64,000 nucleotides of DNA from Isurus oxyrinchus (Eukaryota). The translations under genes were made by a program, and so were the position numbers. The stretch spans positions 90,024,001 through 90,088,000 of the forward strand of contig JANJGN010000021.1 of NCBI GenBank assembly GCA_026770705.1. Reading direction: 5' to 3'. The notes under the pieces are model-generated. The model was not told where the DNA came from and did not search any database. It saw nothing but the letters and a program-made list of their open reading frames with translations. Positions within the stretch are counted from its first letter, which is position 1, and each line of letters opens with the position of its first letter. Below are positions 52,616 to 63,164 of this stretch, in pieces.

Positions 52616-53024
52616 TTATATTATTTCCTCACTATCATGAGACTCTACGTTCCCCCACACAACACTTCATGTGGTTGTTATGTTGCTTCTATCGGGTCGC
52701 TTTGCTCATCGAACACAGTTGCATGCCTATCTACTCAGTGAATTGGTAAACAAGATACTGCAGACGTGTAGGCCAATGTAAGATGATTAATTAACACATT
52801 CAAAACAGCACTAACACAAAGTGTGCTTCTTCAACAAGACCTTATTCTAAACTCTTGATTAACATTGTAACTTGCGTTACACAGCAACTGGGTAACACAG
52901 TCACTTGGTCAATCTGCTCATATTCTCTTACAAAAATGAAGTGCACTGCACCTCAGATTACCACAGTGGTAGCTGAAGAACTCCCTGGAAGAAAAAACAT
53001 CCTACTTATTCCAAGCTATATCTT

Positions 53025-53380
53025 TTTTTGTCCTTCATTGGGCCATGTGATGTGGGCATCGCTGGCAAGGGTAGTATTTGTTACCCATTTTGAACTGAGG
53101 GCCTTGCCACACTAATTAAAAGGGAAGTTAAGCGTCAAACACATTGCTGTCGACCTGGAATCACATATAGGCCAGCAGAGGTAAGGGTGGTATACTTACT
53201 TACAAAAAGCGCATTACTGCACTATATGTCTTTTTATGATAATCGCCAATGGCTTCATAGTCAACATTACTGAGACTCGCTTTTAGTCGAATTTAAATTC
53301 CAGCATATGCCATTTGAACCCTTGCCTGGGCTTCTGTATTACTAGTCCAGTGAAATTACCACTACGCCACTGTCGCCCCT
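53025..53380 (-). mobile_element. tRNA-derived SINE made of the family-B head plus the family-B 3' tail
   Basis: Minus strand begins ggggcgacagtggcgtagtggtaatttcactggactagtaat...gggttcaaat (A- and B-box like) and ends ccttgccagcgatgcccacatc; matches 44680-44965 and 57930-57970. Confidence 0.75.
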
Positions 53381-54295
53381 TCTAAAGAAAACGATATTAA
53401 CCTGCATTTCATGTCTTTAAACTCATATTCTAAACTATTACGGCCGTTTGGTTGCAACATGGTTGTGTCTACTAGAGACAATTAAATAGTTGCCCTCAAG
53501 GAGTGGAAGTAAAGCCTTACATGGTATCCAAAGATGTAATTCATAGCTAAATCAAGGACCTTGCAGCTTTCTCCTTCTCAGAACACAGAAAACATTTTTA
53601 TTTCATGTATTCTCAATATGTGGACGCCGTTGGCTAGGTCAGCATTTAGTTCCAAACGCTCACTCCCATTAAGAAGATTTACATCTGCGGCATTACTTTT
53701 TCTAGTTCATCGACTTGCTAGAGATATCGAAGGGCACCTGAATGTCAAACGCAACAGTGCATCATGAGTTGCATATATTCTGACACAATCAGGATGGCGG
53801 ATGTCGTTCCAAACCTGAGTCAGTAAAAACTTTGTTTACCGGTCGTCCACACGGTTGCTGGTGAAGCTGCAGGAAAAATAAAGTCAATCGCGGCATGTTC
53901 GTAAGAACACATGTTAGTTTATCTATCTTGTTTTAGGTAAGAATTAACTGTACAGAGATATGCAAGAAGTAATCTGTCCAAAGATGTACTAATGGTAACG
54001 TAATTATCTGACTCCTATCCCACCACAAGACATTTCAAGCCTGGTTCAGGAATTGACCAATTTCATTTAAATAAAAATACAATAATAGTTCGTGAAACCG
54101 AAGCAAATCAAGGGTGCAGAATGCAACTTTGTCAAATGATCAATGACGTATTTATTTGCTATTATCTACTGTTATCAACTTATATAACTTAACTTACTGT
54201 AGCATGTAAGACGGGAATAGACAGTGAGATATTTAACCATTGCCAAAATGCTAATGGGTTGTATATATTTTGCCATTACATGGATTGAACTAAAG

Positions 54296-54310
54296 GAGGC
54301 GACACTAAAG
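54296..54310 (+). CDS. Micro-exon, 15 nt, phase 1-1: GGDTK (NAGNAG alternative gives 12 nt)
   Basis: Branch-like gctaat at ~54250, no AG until ...ttgaactaaag|GAGGCGACACTAAAG|gtaatg. Weak pyrimidine tract. Confidence 0.55.
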
Positions 54311-55127
54311 GTAATGTCACTTATCAAAATATACTGGTACTTGTGAGTTGCTTTGGCTCCTGGCTCACAACACTTTAACATTAGGTTAAGATTCATTCAT
54401 TTCACCGTCTTAGCTGTTATCTTATTTGTCTCAGGACATGAGGTAGATGCAGTAATAACTATTATTTTTATATATATTCCGCAAAACAAAAAATACCGCC
54501 CAGCATGAAGTTCGACATGCAAAAAAAAATGAAACAAGCCTTAACTTTCCTTAATTAATTACAGAACGAAAATGCACTCTAACAAATGAAAAGCTACATC
54601 TTTTGTGAAAGGAACTCATTAACAATCATGGCACATAGTTCATAATTGGCAAGTCTTAACTTTATAAACCAACTGCGACTACCGTCTGCTGAGCACACAT
54701 GTTAAATTATTAATGAAAACCAGTTTTTCTGTATAATGTGTTCGGATCATTCTCATAGGACCTGCAACATGAATTGTCTTTAAAACTCGATGTATAACCA
54801 GCAATGCATGTACACCCATTGTGTGAATATTCTGGGTAAAAGATTTGTGGTTGTATTGCAGCAAAGCAGTATTTCTGAAAAATACAGGAAACTTAACAAT
54901 GCCCTTACTGTTGATGAAAATTGGCTTCCATTTACATTATGACGAGGCATTAAATATCTGTCATATTCCATAGTTTTATTTTCCATTCTGGTGAAGAAGA
55001 AAACAGAAAACATCATCGTTCATGAACTTGTCCATGTTTGTCATTGCATTTGAAAAACGTTCTTAATTCAGAGCTGACACAGTCAAAGATTAATTTCTAA
55101 TATAGGTTTTTCTATCTCTTCTTTTAG

Positions 55128-55163
55128 AGTTAGATAACTTGAGAAGAGACCTATGGAAAGCTG
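55128..55163 (+). CDS. Micro-exon, 36 nt, phase 1-1: ELDNLRRDLWKA
   Basis: gtttttctatctcttcttttag|AGTTAGATAACTTGAGAAGAGACCTATGGAAAGCTG|gtaagg. Confidence 0.85.
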
Positions 55164-55284
55164 GTAAGGAAATAAATGAAACAACATAAACTTGCACTTG
55201 CATCAGACTTTGAACAGGATAAAGATGACCAAAAAGAGCAGCGCGAGAGTTCTAACGAACTTAATTTGACAACCAGCAAGATGC

Positions 55285-55452
55285 TCATTCTCAGAATATT
55301 TAAGAAGTATTTGGATGAGCACTTGAAACGCCACAGCCTACAGAACGAGCCAAGTGCTGGAAAATTGGATTTGAGTAGATAGATGCTTGATGGCCCGCAT
55401 GACATGATGGGCAGAAGAGCCTGTTGATGTGGTGTATGGCTCCATGACTTTA
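55285..55452 (+). mobile_element. CR1 3' tail fragment
   Basis: aagaagtatttggatgagcacttgaaacgcc...gatgggcagaagagcctg matches 47755-47885. Confidence 0.75.
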
Positions 55453-55974
55453 TGGGATAGCTGGGCCAGCATTCTACTCACTTACCCCCCTCCACGCGGC
55501 AGCTGGGGGGGGGGGGGGGCGGTTGGGGGGCGGCAGTGATGGGGTGCAGTCGGGTGGTGGTGTTGAGGTGGTAGTGGTGTTGGGCAGCATGAAATTGAAG
55601 GGATGGGGTTCCCTCCGGCTTCCCGCCCACCGGCCCAGACCTCATAGTGAATTTACGCTGGGCGGGCAAGGGTGCAGACAGAAAGCCCCACCATGCCCCT
55701 GTTTTTATACTGGTGGGAGGACTGAAGCTGTGTGGGAAAATCTGAAAATAAATAAAAAGTTAGATCCAGAGCTGGAAGTGTGGTGGCGGCAGCTCTTTTA
55801 GATGTTCCCCTTTGGCCTGGGCCATACTCATCTTAAGTAGCCGTGACTTCGGGTTCTCCCTTTCCCTCCTCCCGATACCCCAAATGTTCCCTGTCATGAC
55901 ACCCCGGCCTTCGCTAACCTCCCCATCCTGCGAAACCTGACACTTACATGGATCTCCAGTTCCTGGGAATTATT

Positions 55975-57985
55975 CTCAGGGGAGGCTTTAGGGATAGTGA
56001 TATTGTCACTGCGCCAGTAAGCTACAAAGTTACAGCTGGGTGGGCCACCCGGTATCCACCAGAACGAACACCGGCAAAACCCAATCCTGTCGACCCTGCA
56101 AAGTTATCCTTACGAAGATCTGGGCTAGTAACAAAATTGTGAGGTCTGTCTTACAGAACTAATCAAGCGACGGAAGCATAACTTATAGCCAATGCTCCAA
56201 GTCCAGGGCAGACCTAGCAGAGGTGGCGATAATCCTGCCAAATCCAGTCGTGAATGATAGCAGAGCCCCGCACCTCATTGCAAAAGGTCAGACTGAAGTA
56301 TTTTCTACAATTTTCTGCCTGATGTCCCGAGTGGATGATCCATTTTGGCCTCCTCTGGAGGTAACCAGCATCACAAATGCCAAGTTGCAGCCAATTTTAT
56401 TCACTCCATACCATGTCAAGAAAGGGCTGAATGCACTGGATAGCAGAAAGGGCATGAGCCCTGACAATATTGCGGCAATAGTACTGAAGACTTGTGCTCC
56501 AGATCTTGCCACGCCCCTAACCAAGCTGTTTCAGTACAGCTACAGCACTGACATCTGCTCGGCAATTTGGAAAATTGTCCATGTCTGTCCTGTGCACAAA
56601 ATGCAGGAAAAATCCAACTCAGTCAATTACTGGCCCACCAGTTTACTCTCGATGATCATTTAAGTAATGAAAAGGGTAATGAACAGTGCTATTGAGCAGC
56701 ACTTGCCTAGCAATAATCTGCTTACTAATGCCCAGTTTGGGTTCCGCCAGGGTCACTCAGCTTCTGACCTCATTACAGCCTTGGTTCAAACACGGACAGA
56801 AGATCTGAACTCCTGAGGTGAGTGGAGAGTGACTGCCCTTGACATCAAGGCAGCATGAGACCTAGTCTGGCATCAAGGAGCACTAGCAAAATTGGAGTCA
56901 ATGGGAATCAGGGAGAATACACTCTGCTGGTTGTATTCATACCTATACAAATAAATATGGTTGTGGTTGTTGGGGATCAGGCATCTCAACTCCAGTACAT
57001 CACTACAGGAGTACCACAGGTACTGTTCTCTGCCCAACCAGCTTCAGCTGCTTCATCCCTGATTCTCCTCCCATCATGAGGTCAGAAGTGGAGATGTTTC
57101 TGATAACTGCAAAGTGTTCATGACCATTCACAAATCCTCAGGTAATGAAGCAGTACATGTCCAAATGCAGCAAGACCTGGACAATATACAGTCTTGGGCT
57201 ATAAATGGCACATAACTTTGGTGCTACACAAGTGCCAAGCTATGAACATCTCCAACAAGAGAAAATCTAATCATCGAACCTTGACAGTCAATGGCATAGC
57301 GATCACTAAGTACTAATGCTAACTATAGCCTGGAGTTCTCATTGACATGAAACTGAACTGGACTAGCCATTTAAATACTGTGGCTTTAAGAGCAGATAGG
57401 AATCCTGCGACGAGTCATTTCAGCTCCTGACCCCAAATCATACCCACCATCTACAAGACACAAGGTAGGAATGTGATGGAAGACTCCCCACTTGCCTGAA
57501 TGAGTGCAGCTCCCACAACACTGAAGAAGCTTAACAGAATTCCAGGACAAGACAACCCACTTGATTTGCAGCACAGAATAAAACAGTCATCACCTCCTTC
57601 ATCGACCCAAAGCAGCAGCCGTGTGTGAAATCCACAAGACACACTGCAGGAACTCACCAAGTCTCCTCAGACAGTACCTTCCAAACCCACGAACACTATG
57701 ATCTAGAAGGAGAAGAGTAGCAGATAGATGGGAAGACACTGCCTGGACGTTCCCCTCCAAGTCACTCACCATCCTGACGTAGAAATATGTTGCCTTTATT
57801 TCACTGTAGCTGGGTAAATATTCTGGAACTCCCTTCCAAACCGCACCGTGGGAGTACCTACACCACATGGAGCACAGCCGTTCAAGGAGGCAGCTCACCA
57901 CCACCTTCTGAAGGGCCATGAGTGATTGGCAATAAGTGCTGGCCCATCTAGCAAAGCCCACAACCCGTGAGCGAATAGAAGAAAA
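55975..57985 (+). mobile_element. Family-B LINE with internal deletions (head remnant, endonuclease start, RT, tail), inserted in a GC-rich element (flanks ~55460-55975 and ~57985-58110)
   Basis: ORF 56223 KGMSPDNIAAIVLKTCAPDLATPLTKLFQYSY...NYWPTSLL; cagtttgggttccgccagggtcactca (QFGFRQGHS); ALDIKAA; tail at 57880-57985. Confidence 0.88.
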
Positions 57986-58224
57986 CCTACATGCAGTTCG
58001 TCTCCAGGCCACCGAAGCTCTGTTGCCACAGGAGCAGGAAAGATGCCGGCCAAGCAGATGGGGAATGTGAATTGTCGCCGAGCCTCCGACATCCTAAAAA
58101 ATCAGCCCGATGTGTTTTGGGCAGCTGATCAGAATTCTGATCGAAGCAGCTGATTTTAACAAATGTTTCTAAGGTGCTGAGGGCAGCACAGTGTATCAGG
58201 TTTGCTGTGTGTATACTACAACGT

Positions 58225-58980
58225 TGGCTAGAATTTCCATCCCACACCTGCCCCACCAGCTGATTCTTTGGGAGTTGCGCGGGGTGCGCGAAATTGAAGG
58301 GACAGGACTCTGTCCGGTTTCACTCCTCTCCAGCCATGCAATGATCTTAAGGAATTCCCTCTGAGAAGCCCGCCCTTGCGACAATTGATGCCCTTAAGTG
58401 GCCACTTAATATCCATTTAAGCATAATATCCCGCAGAGCTTCAGTTTGTAGGTTGGTGATGAGATTGAACCTTTGTGGGGAATGCCAAAATACAAATACA
58501 CAGCAAATATATATCTTGGGTGAATTGGGGTTTGAGGGGGTTAATTCCATGAGAAGACCCCTCCTAAATTTGGGCGCCTCGTCCTCCAACATGCCTTATA
58601 CTCCGATGACCCCCGGAAGCCCCTTCCCACAGCGTCTCCTCCAAAATCCTGATCACCACCTCGCCCCCGTCCCACGCCAACCCTACCCTCCCCACCCTGG
58701 CACCCCTTGAACTTAACTGTGCCTTCTGTCCCAGGACCTCTTCCTGAACAGCCTCTTTCATCCAGCACACACTGGAGAGGTGCCGATCAACCAGATTGGC
58801 TGGCAGCTGTGTAAGGCGAGGCTTCCTGCCACATGAGGGGCGGGACCTCCCCTTCAGCCAATTAACACTTGTTGCAGCATCAATTGGCTGTGTGGCACTC
58901 TGGTTCAGTGGGCATGTGTTCCCCGCCGACTCTTTGGATAGGGGAAACAAAACTCCGCTTTCCGAAACATTCAGCCGATA
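58225..58980. mobile_element. GC-rich TIR-bounded non-autonomous element
   Basis: Ends ggctagaatttcc / gaaacattcagcc; internal cccttaagtggccacttaat shared with 4513 and 14018 elements. Confidence 0.55.
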
Positions 58981-60952
58981 GCATTAAATTTCTGCGTTCT
59001 TAACTCCAGGACCCATTGCCATTTTATTTAATTTTTTTTAAAGATGTAGTAATGCAATAACCTAAATGTGATCAGCACAGCGCTACTCGCAGAATAAGAG
59101 GCCATAGAAATATCATGGATAAAGTAAATCCCACAACTTTGAATATGGATTGAGTATTCTAGCCAGAAGGAATATATTAGATGAAGCACTAGTGAATATT
59201 TAAGTAGACGGTGTCACGTTAGAAAAAGTAGATAATGGTCAAGTTGGATACATGGTAACAGGAGATGGCAGGTGCGATGTCAAAGACAGAAGAAGGATAG
59301 AGTTAACCTGAAGTAATTTCGTGAAAATAAAAAGTCCATTAAGAAAATAAAACTCGAGCTTGTTACAAGCGAAGAAAAAAACTCATAAGATGCGACATTA
59401 TACACAAGTTCATGTATGCCTTGCAAACCTGAAAAAATAAATAACAAGCTGTGCAAGAAAATGGAGGCCATTGAAATGACGATTCTAGGGTGCATGCTTA
59501 AAAATCAATATGCAGTCCATGAGATAAATGAAGTGATGATTGGGATTTAAAAATCAAGAAAGATCTCTGAAAATGAGATCTAAAAAACAAAATGTCATAA
59601 TTTCGGTCATTTGAGCAGAACTGAAATGCTACAAAATATCTGATAGGGGGCGAATAGGTGGGCAGCAAGCAAAGGCCTTCTGGCAACTCATATATAGATG
59701 AAAAGTTAGAATTCAGGGTTTAGGAAGCTTTTAAATAGATTGGATTAAACATTAAGCAGAATAGTTCTGCAGAAACATTGAATCAGCAATCCGATTTAGG
59801 GAGTACAACCCTATTGGTGTTAATTGCGCGAGGTCATCGCAGGATTATAGTGCCACACCCAAGGATGATAGAACAGTTGTGAATCTCGACTGAGCAGTTC
59901 ACATCTAATTATTCATCCCACTTCGACCTTATTAATAACAACTATCCAAATTTCAAAGTAGCACCTGACGAGAAATAATTAACTTTTATCATGAACATAT
60001 GTGAATGTTTCCCTTTTTGAAACAAATAAACCATTGCGGGTTCTATTTTCAATCACAGTCTAAATTCAGCAAACTAAATTTCACTGAAAAATTCTTCCGT
60101 GGAACACGTTATTTTTCATGCTTTCCCTTTGACAGTGCGTCGTTCTTTGAGTGATTTCATAAACGTTTCACTCTGATTATTTTCACCATATTGAAGCACG
60201 GATTGTAAGTCAGTTGATCTACCCCAACGCACATATGTGGATACAATTGTCAAACATTCTTGCAGGATTATTTTCCTTCAGTGGGAGAGTCCACCCTAAC
60301 TTCTACATTTTCCACTCGGTCATCATTGCCTGGAATAACCACATAGTACTTAGCTTTATAAGTCGCGTTCTGCAAGGATCATTCCCGCACAATTCCAATT
60401 ATGAGACAAAATTAACTCCAAATTCCCTTGGATAATGCAATTCCTTTTGCTTTGCCTCTGCAATTAGCTGATCTTTAATTTGGCAGCCACAGAAGATGTA
60501 AGTAGTTCTGCATCTGGAGACGGTTCTCTAGCCCTCCATTAATTGGGTAATTTATTCGATCTTCAGCCTTTCCTGCACTTCGAAGAGTTCCAGACTTTTT
60601 TGAAGAATGCTGTATCAGGCAGCTGGAGGCGTTATTATGTCGTACATATTTGTTTTCTCATACGAAATTCACTCTCAGGCTCACTATTGGGGCAAACCTT
60701 CTCACGTTCATTCTTTAACTCATTCTGCCAAGCAGCATACCTTAATTTTGGGTCATCATCTAGAACATTTAATCACTACTTATTATGCCGCATTTGCAGA
60801 GTCCCTATCTCTGGGCCATGAACTCTAGATTCAAGTCCCACATCACGACATGTTGTATTCAGAAGGAGAGCTCTTGTCGTCGTTTAACGTGTTGATAATC
60901 AGCCCAGGAATCCTTTCACATGTGCCCCACTGATCCCGAAAGATGTGAGAGG

Positions 60953-60985
60953 TGTGTGTATGTGTGTGTGTGCGCGTGCACACAT
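60953..60985. repeat. (TG)n/(CA)n microsatellite
   Basis: tgtgtgtatgtgtgtgtgtgcgcgtgcacaca. Confidence 0.85.
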
Positions 60986-61207
60986 GGATGTGTGAATGTG
61001 TTCTTACAAGCATTTAGTTCTTCCATTCGTTTTTCTTACATGTCGCACCATAGTCACATCCCTCCATTCGCTGGACCATTCTGGCACACAGACGCACTTT
61101 AGGCAATTTGCCTTTGAATGCGATATTCCTGTCATGTGTGTTAACATTACCCAGCCTACCAACATCCAGCTGCTGACCTGCTCTATTCTGTTTTTCAAAA
61201 CTGTTAG

Positions 61208-61230
61208 CCCAAAAACTCCTGAGCAAGTGA
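61208..61230 (+). CDS. Candidate further or terminal exon of the micro-exon gene: AQKLLSK*
   Basis: Branch-like ctgac at ~61173, pyrimidine tract, first AG at 61206-61207; phase-1 frame ends at TGA 61228-61230; AATAAA at 61726-61731. A gtgaga donor at 61227 would instead give a 19-nt internal exon. Confidence 0.35.
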
Positions 61231-62017
61231 GATGTGGATATCTCATTGGCTTCTATCAGGTGATCAGATCTTGAGAGTCTGCAATCATTCGTACTTATGA
61301 AGAATTAATTTAATAGCTCGAATACCTTGTTGGATAATCTCTGCCTAACCATCACTCCCTATCACCGTTTCATTCTTAATAGCTATCTACTATGGTAATA
61401 CAGAATCTCCCCAGAGTTAATGTCTCCCTCGAATGGTTTCATACAATGCCTTAGAGCTGCTTGAATTTCCTCTGATACCTCAACCTTTGGGCTACATGTA
61501 AAGTATCCAATCAAAAAGAGGAACTAACTGCACTCCTCTAAAGGGCAGGGAACTATCTCCCAGCAGAGAATGCAATTTGAGATTACTCCCATCGACCAAT
61601 TGATAGGAACTATACCGTCCAACCATCTGAGTTGAATTATATTCATGAAATGCTCTTGTCAGTGAAGTTGTCAACTTGCAGTTCGGTTGATCTGCGGAAA
61701 GTGCCTTTCATCCTTGCTGTAGAATAATAAAACCCGATTGGCACGGTTATGGAGCGTAACGTGAAAGTATTCCAGTCTATGCCCATACCCTTACATCCAC
61801 TGCTACTGCCTCATCAGAGTGACACATTCCAATAGAAGAATGCTAATAGGACGTGGTGGGGTCTGTGATACTTATACCGTTTTCGTATTTCGAATCTGGT
61901 AGTTATCTTTCTGATGAGCCTGGTGTGATCCACAATAACCACAACTGCACACTTTGCCAGGATTCTTAACATTTGACAAAACGTGTGAGCATACTGTCTG
62001 TGCTGCTTAAAAATAAC

Positions 62018-62070
62018 TCTCTCTCTCTCTCTCTCTCCCCCCCCCCCCACCCCCCACTCTCTCTCTCTCT
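62018..62070. repeat. (CT)n - poly-C - (CT)n compound microsatellite
   Basis: ctctctctctctctctctctc ccccccccccc accccca ctctctctctct. Confidence 0.9.
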
Positions 62071-62569
62071 GTGACATTATGATATGATGCCACTAATTTT
62101 CTGACATCGGGATTGGAACAATCAGGTTAATGAAAGATGAATAATGCCCTGATTGTGTAAACTAAAAACGCACTGACATTGTAAAAAAATGATTTACTTT
62201 GCACCGTGTCTTGTGTAATTGTTAGCTTTTTTCATGGAAGGTTTATTTAGCAGCATTGGTATTTTATTAGAGCCTACATCATTACTAATATAGTCATTTG
62301 TAAGAGCTATTTCGCATGGACTCCCCACTCGTTTTGGTGACCTAAATTAGCTGTCATCCCCGAACCTAAAACCAGTAGGACTTGTATACTCACTGATACG
62401 ACGTCGATCCTCACAACTGAATATTTTTCATAAAATTTTCGCCGATCTGTTCCACACACTCATTTCAGTAACATCTGAATCATTTGTTCAGTATTTCCAG
62501 AGTATTCCCGTTATGCATTCGCCTACTATAAAATATTTTTCACTCTGGCATCTACCCAACAATATGGAC

Positions 62570-63160
62570 AATTTCGTAGGTATGTCCTGTACACGATAAA
62601 AGTAGGAGAACTATAACCAGGCTATTACCATGCACCAGTCCCCTCCTGACCATCATTACAATGGTGGAGGGTTTCATCAACAGTAGCTAGAAATGGCCTG
62701 CTCACTGACACTAAGTTTGCTTCTGCAAGAGCCACTCAGCTACCGACCTCATTACAGCCTTGGTCCAAACATGGACAAAAGGGCTGAACCAAAGTGGTGA
62801 AGTGAGAATGACTGCGGGAGAAAGCAGGAGAAAAATAAAGCTGTTGTTGTTGGATATCAATTATCTCAATGCCAATACATCACTGCATCCGCTCATCAGG
62901 GCAGTGATGTATGCACAAACATCTTCCTCTGCTTCAACAATTACTTCCCCTCCATCTTACTATCAGAACTGGGGATGTGTGCTGATGATTGCATAAAGTT
63001 CAGCACATTCAGGACTTCGTGGGTACTGAAGGGGTCCACATCCACATGCAGCGAGATATGGATAATATTCAGGTTTTTGCTAACATCTGGCAAGTGACGT
63101 CCACGCAATAGAACTGCCAGGCAATGACCAACCATCTCCAATGAGAGGGAATCCAGCCAT
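62570..63160 (+). mobile_element. Decayed family-B LINE RT fragment
   Basis: gacctcattacagccttggtccaaacatggacaaa matches 56766-56800; gctgatgattgca (ADDC) at ~62980. Confidence 0.8.
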
Positions 63161-63164
63161 TGAA

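Noticed and set aside
54435-54442. Strong acceptor ttatttgtctcag followed by an 8-nt segment and gtagat
   Set aside because: Not a multiple of 3 and weak donor.
9000-55163. Assigning a gene name (butyrophilin/BG, TRIM, CD72-type lectin neck, triadin)
   Set aside because: Only the exon architecture is reminiscent. No Ig, transmembrane, B30.2 or lectin exon is visible and I do not recognise the peptide.
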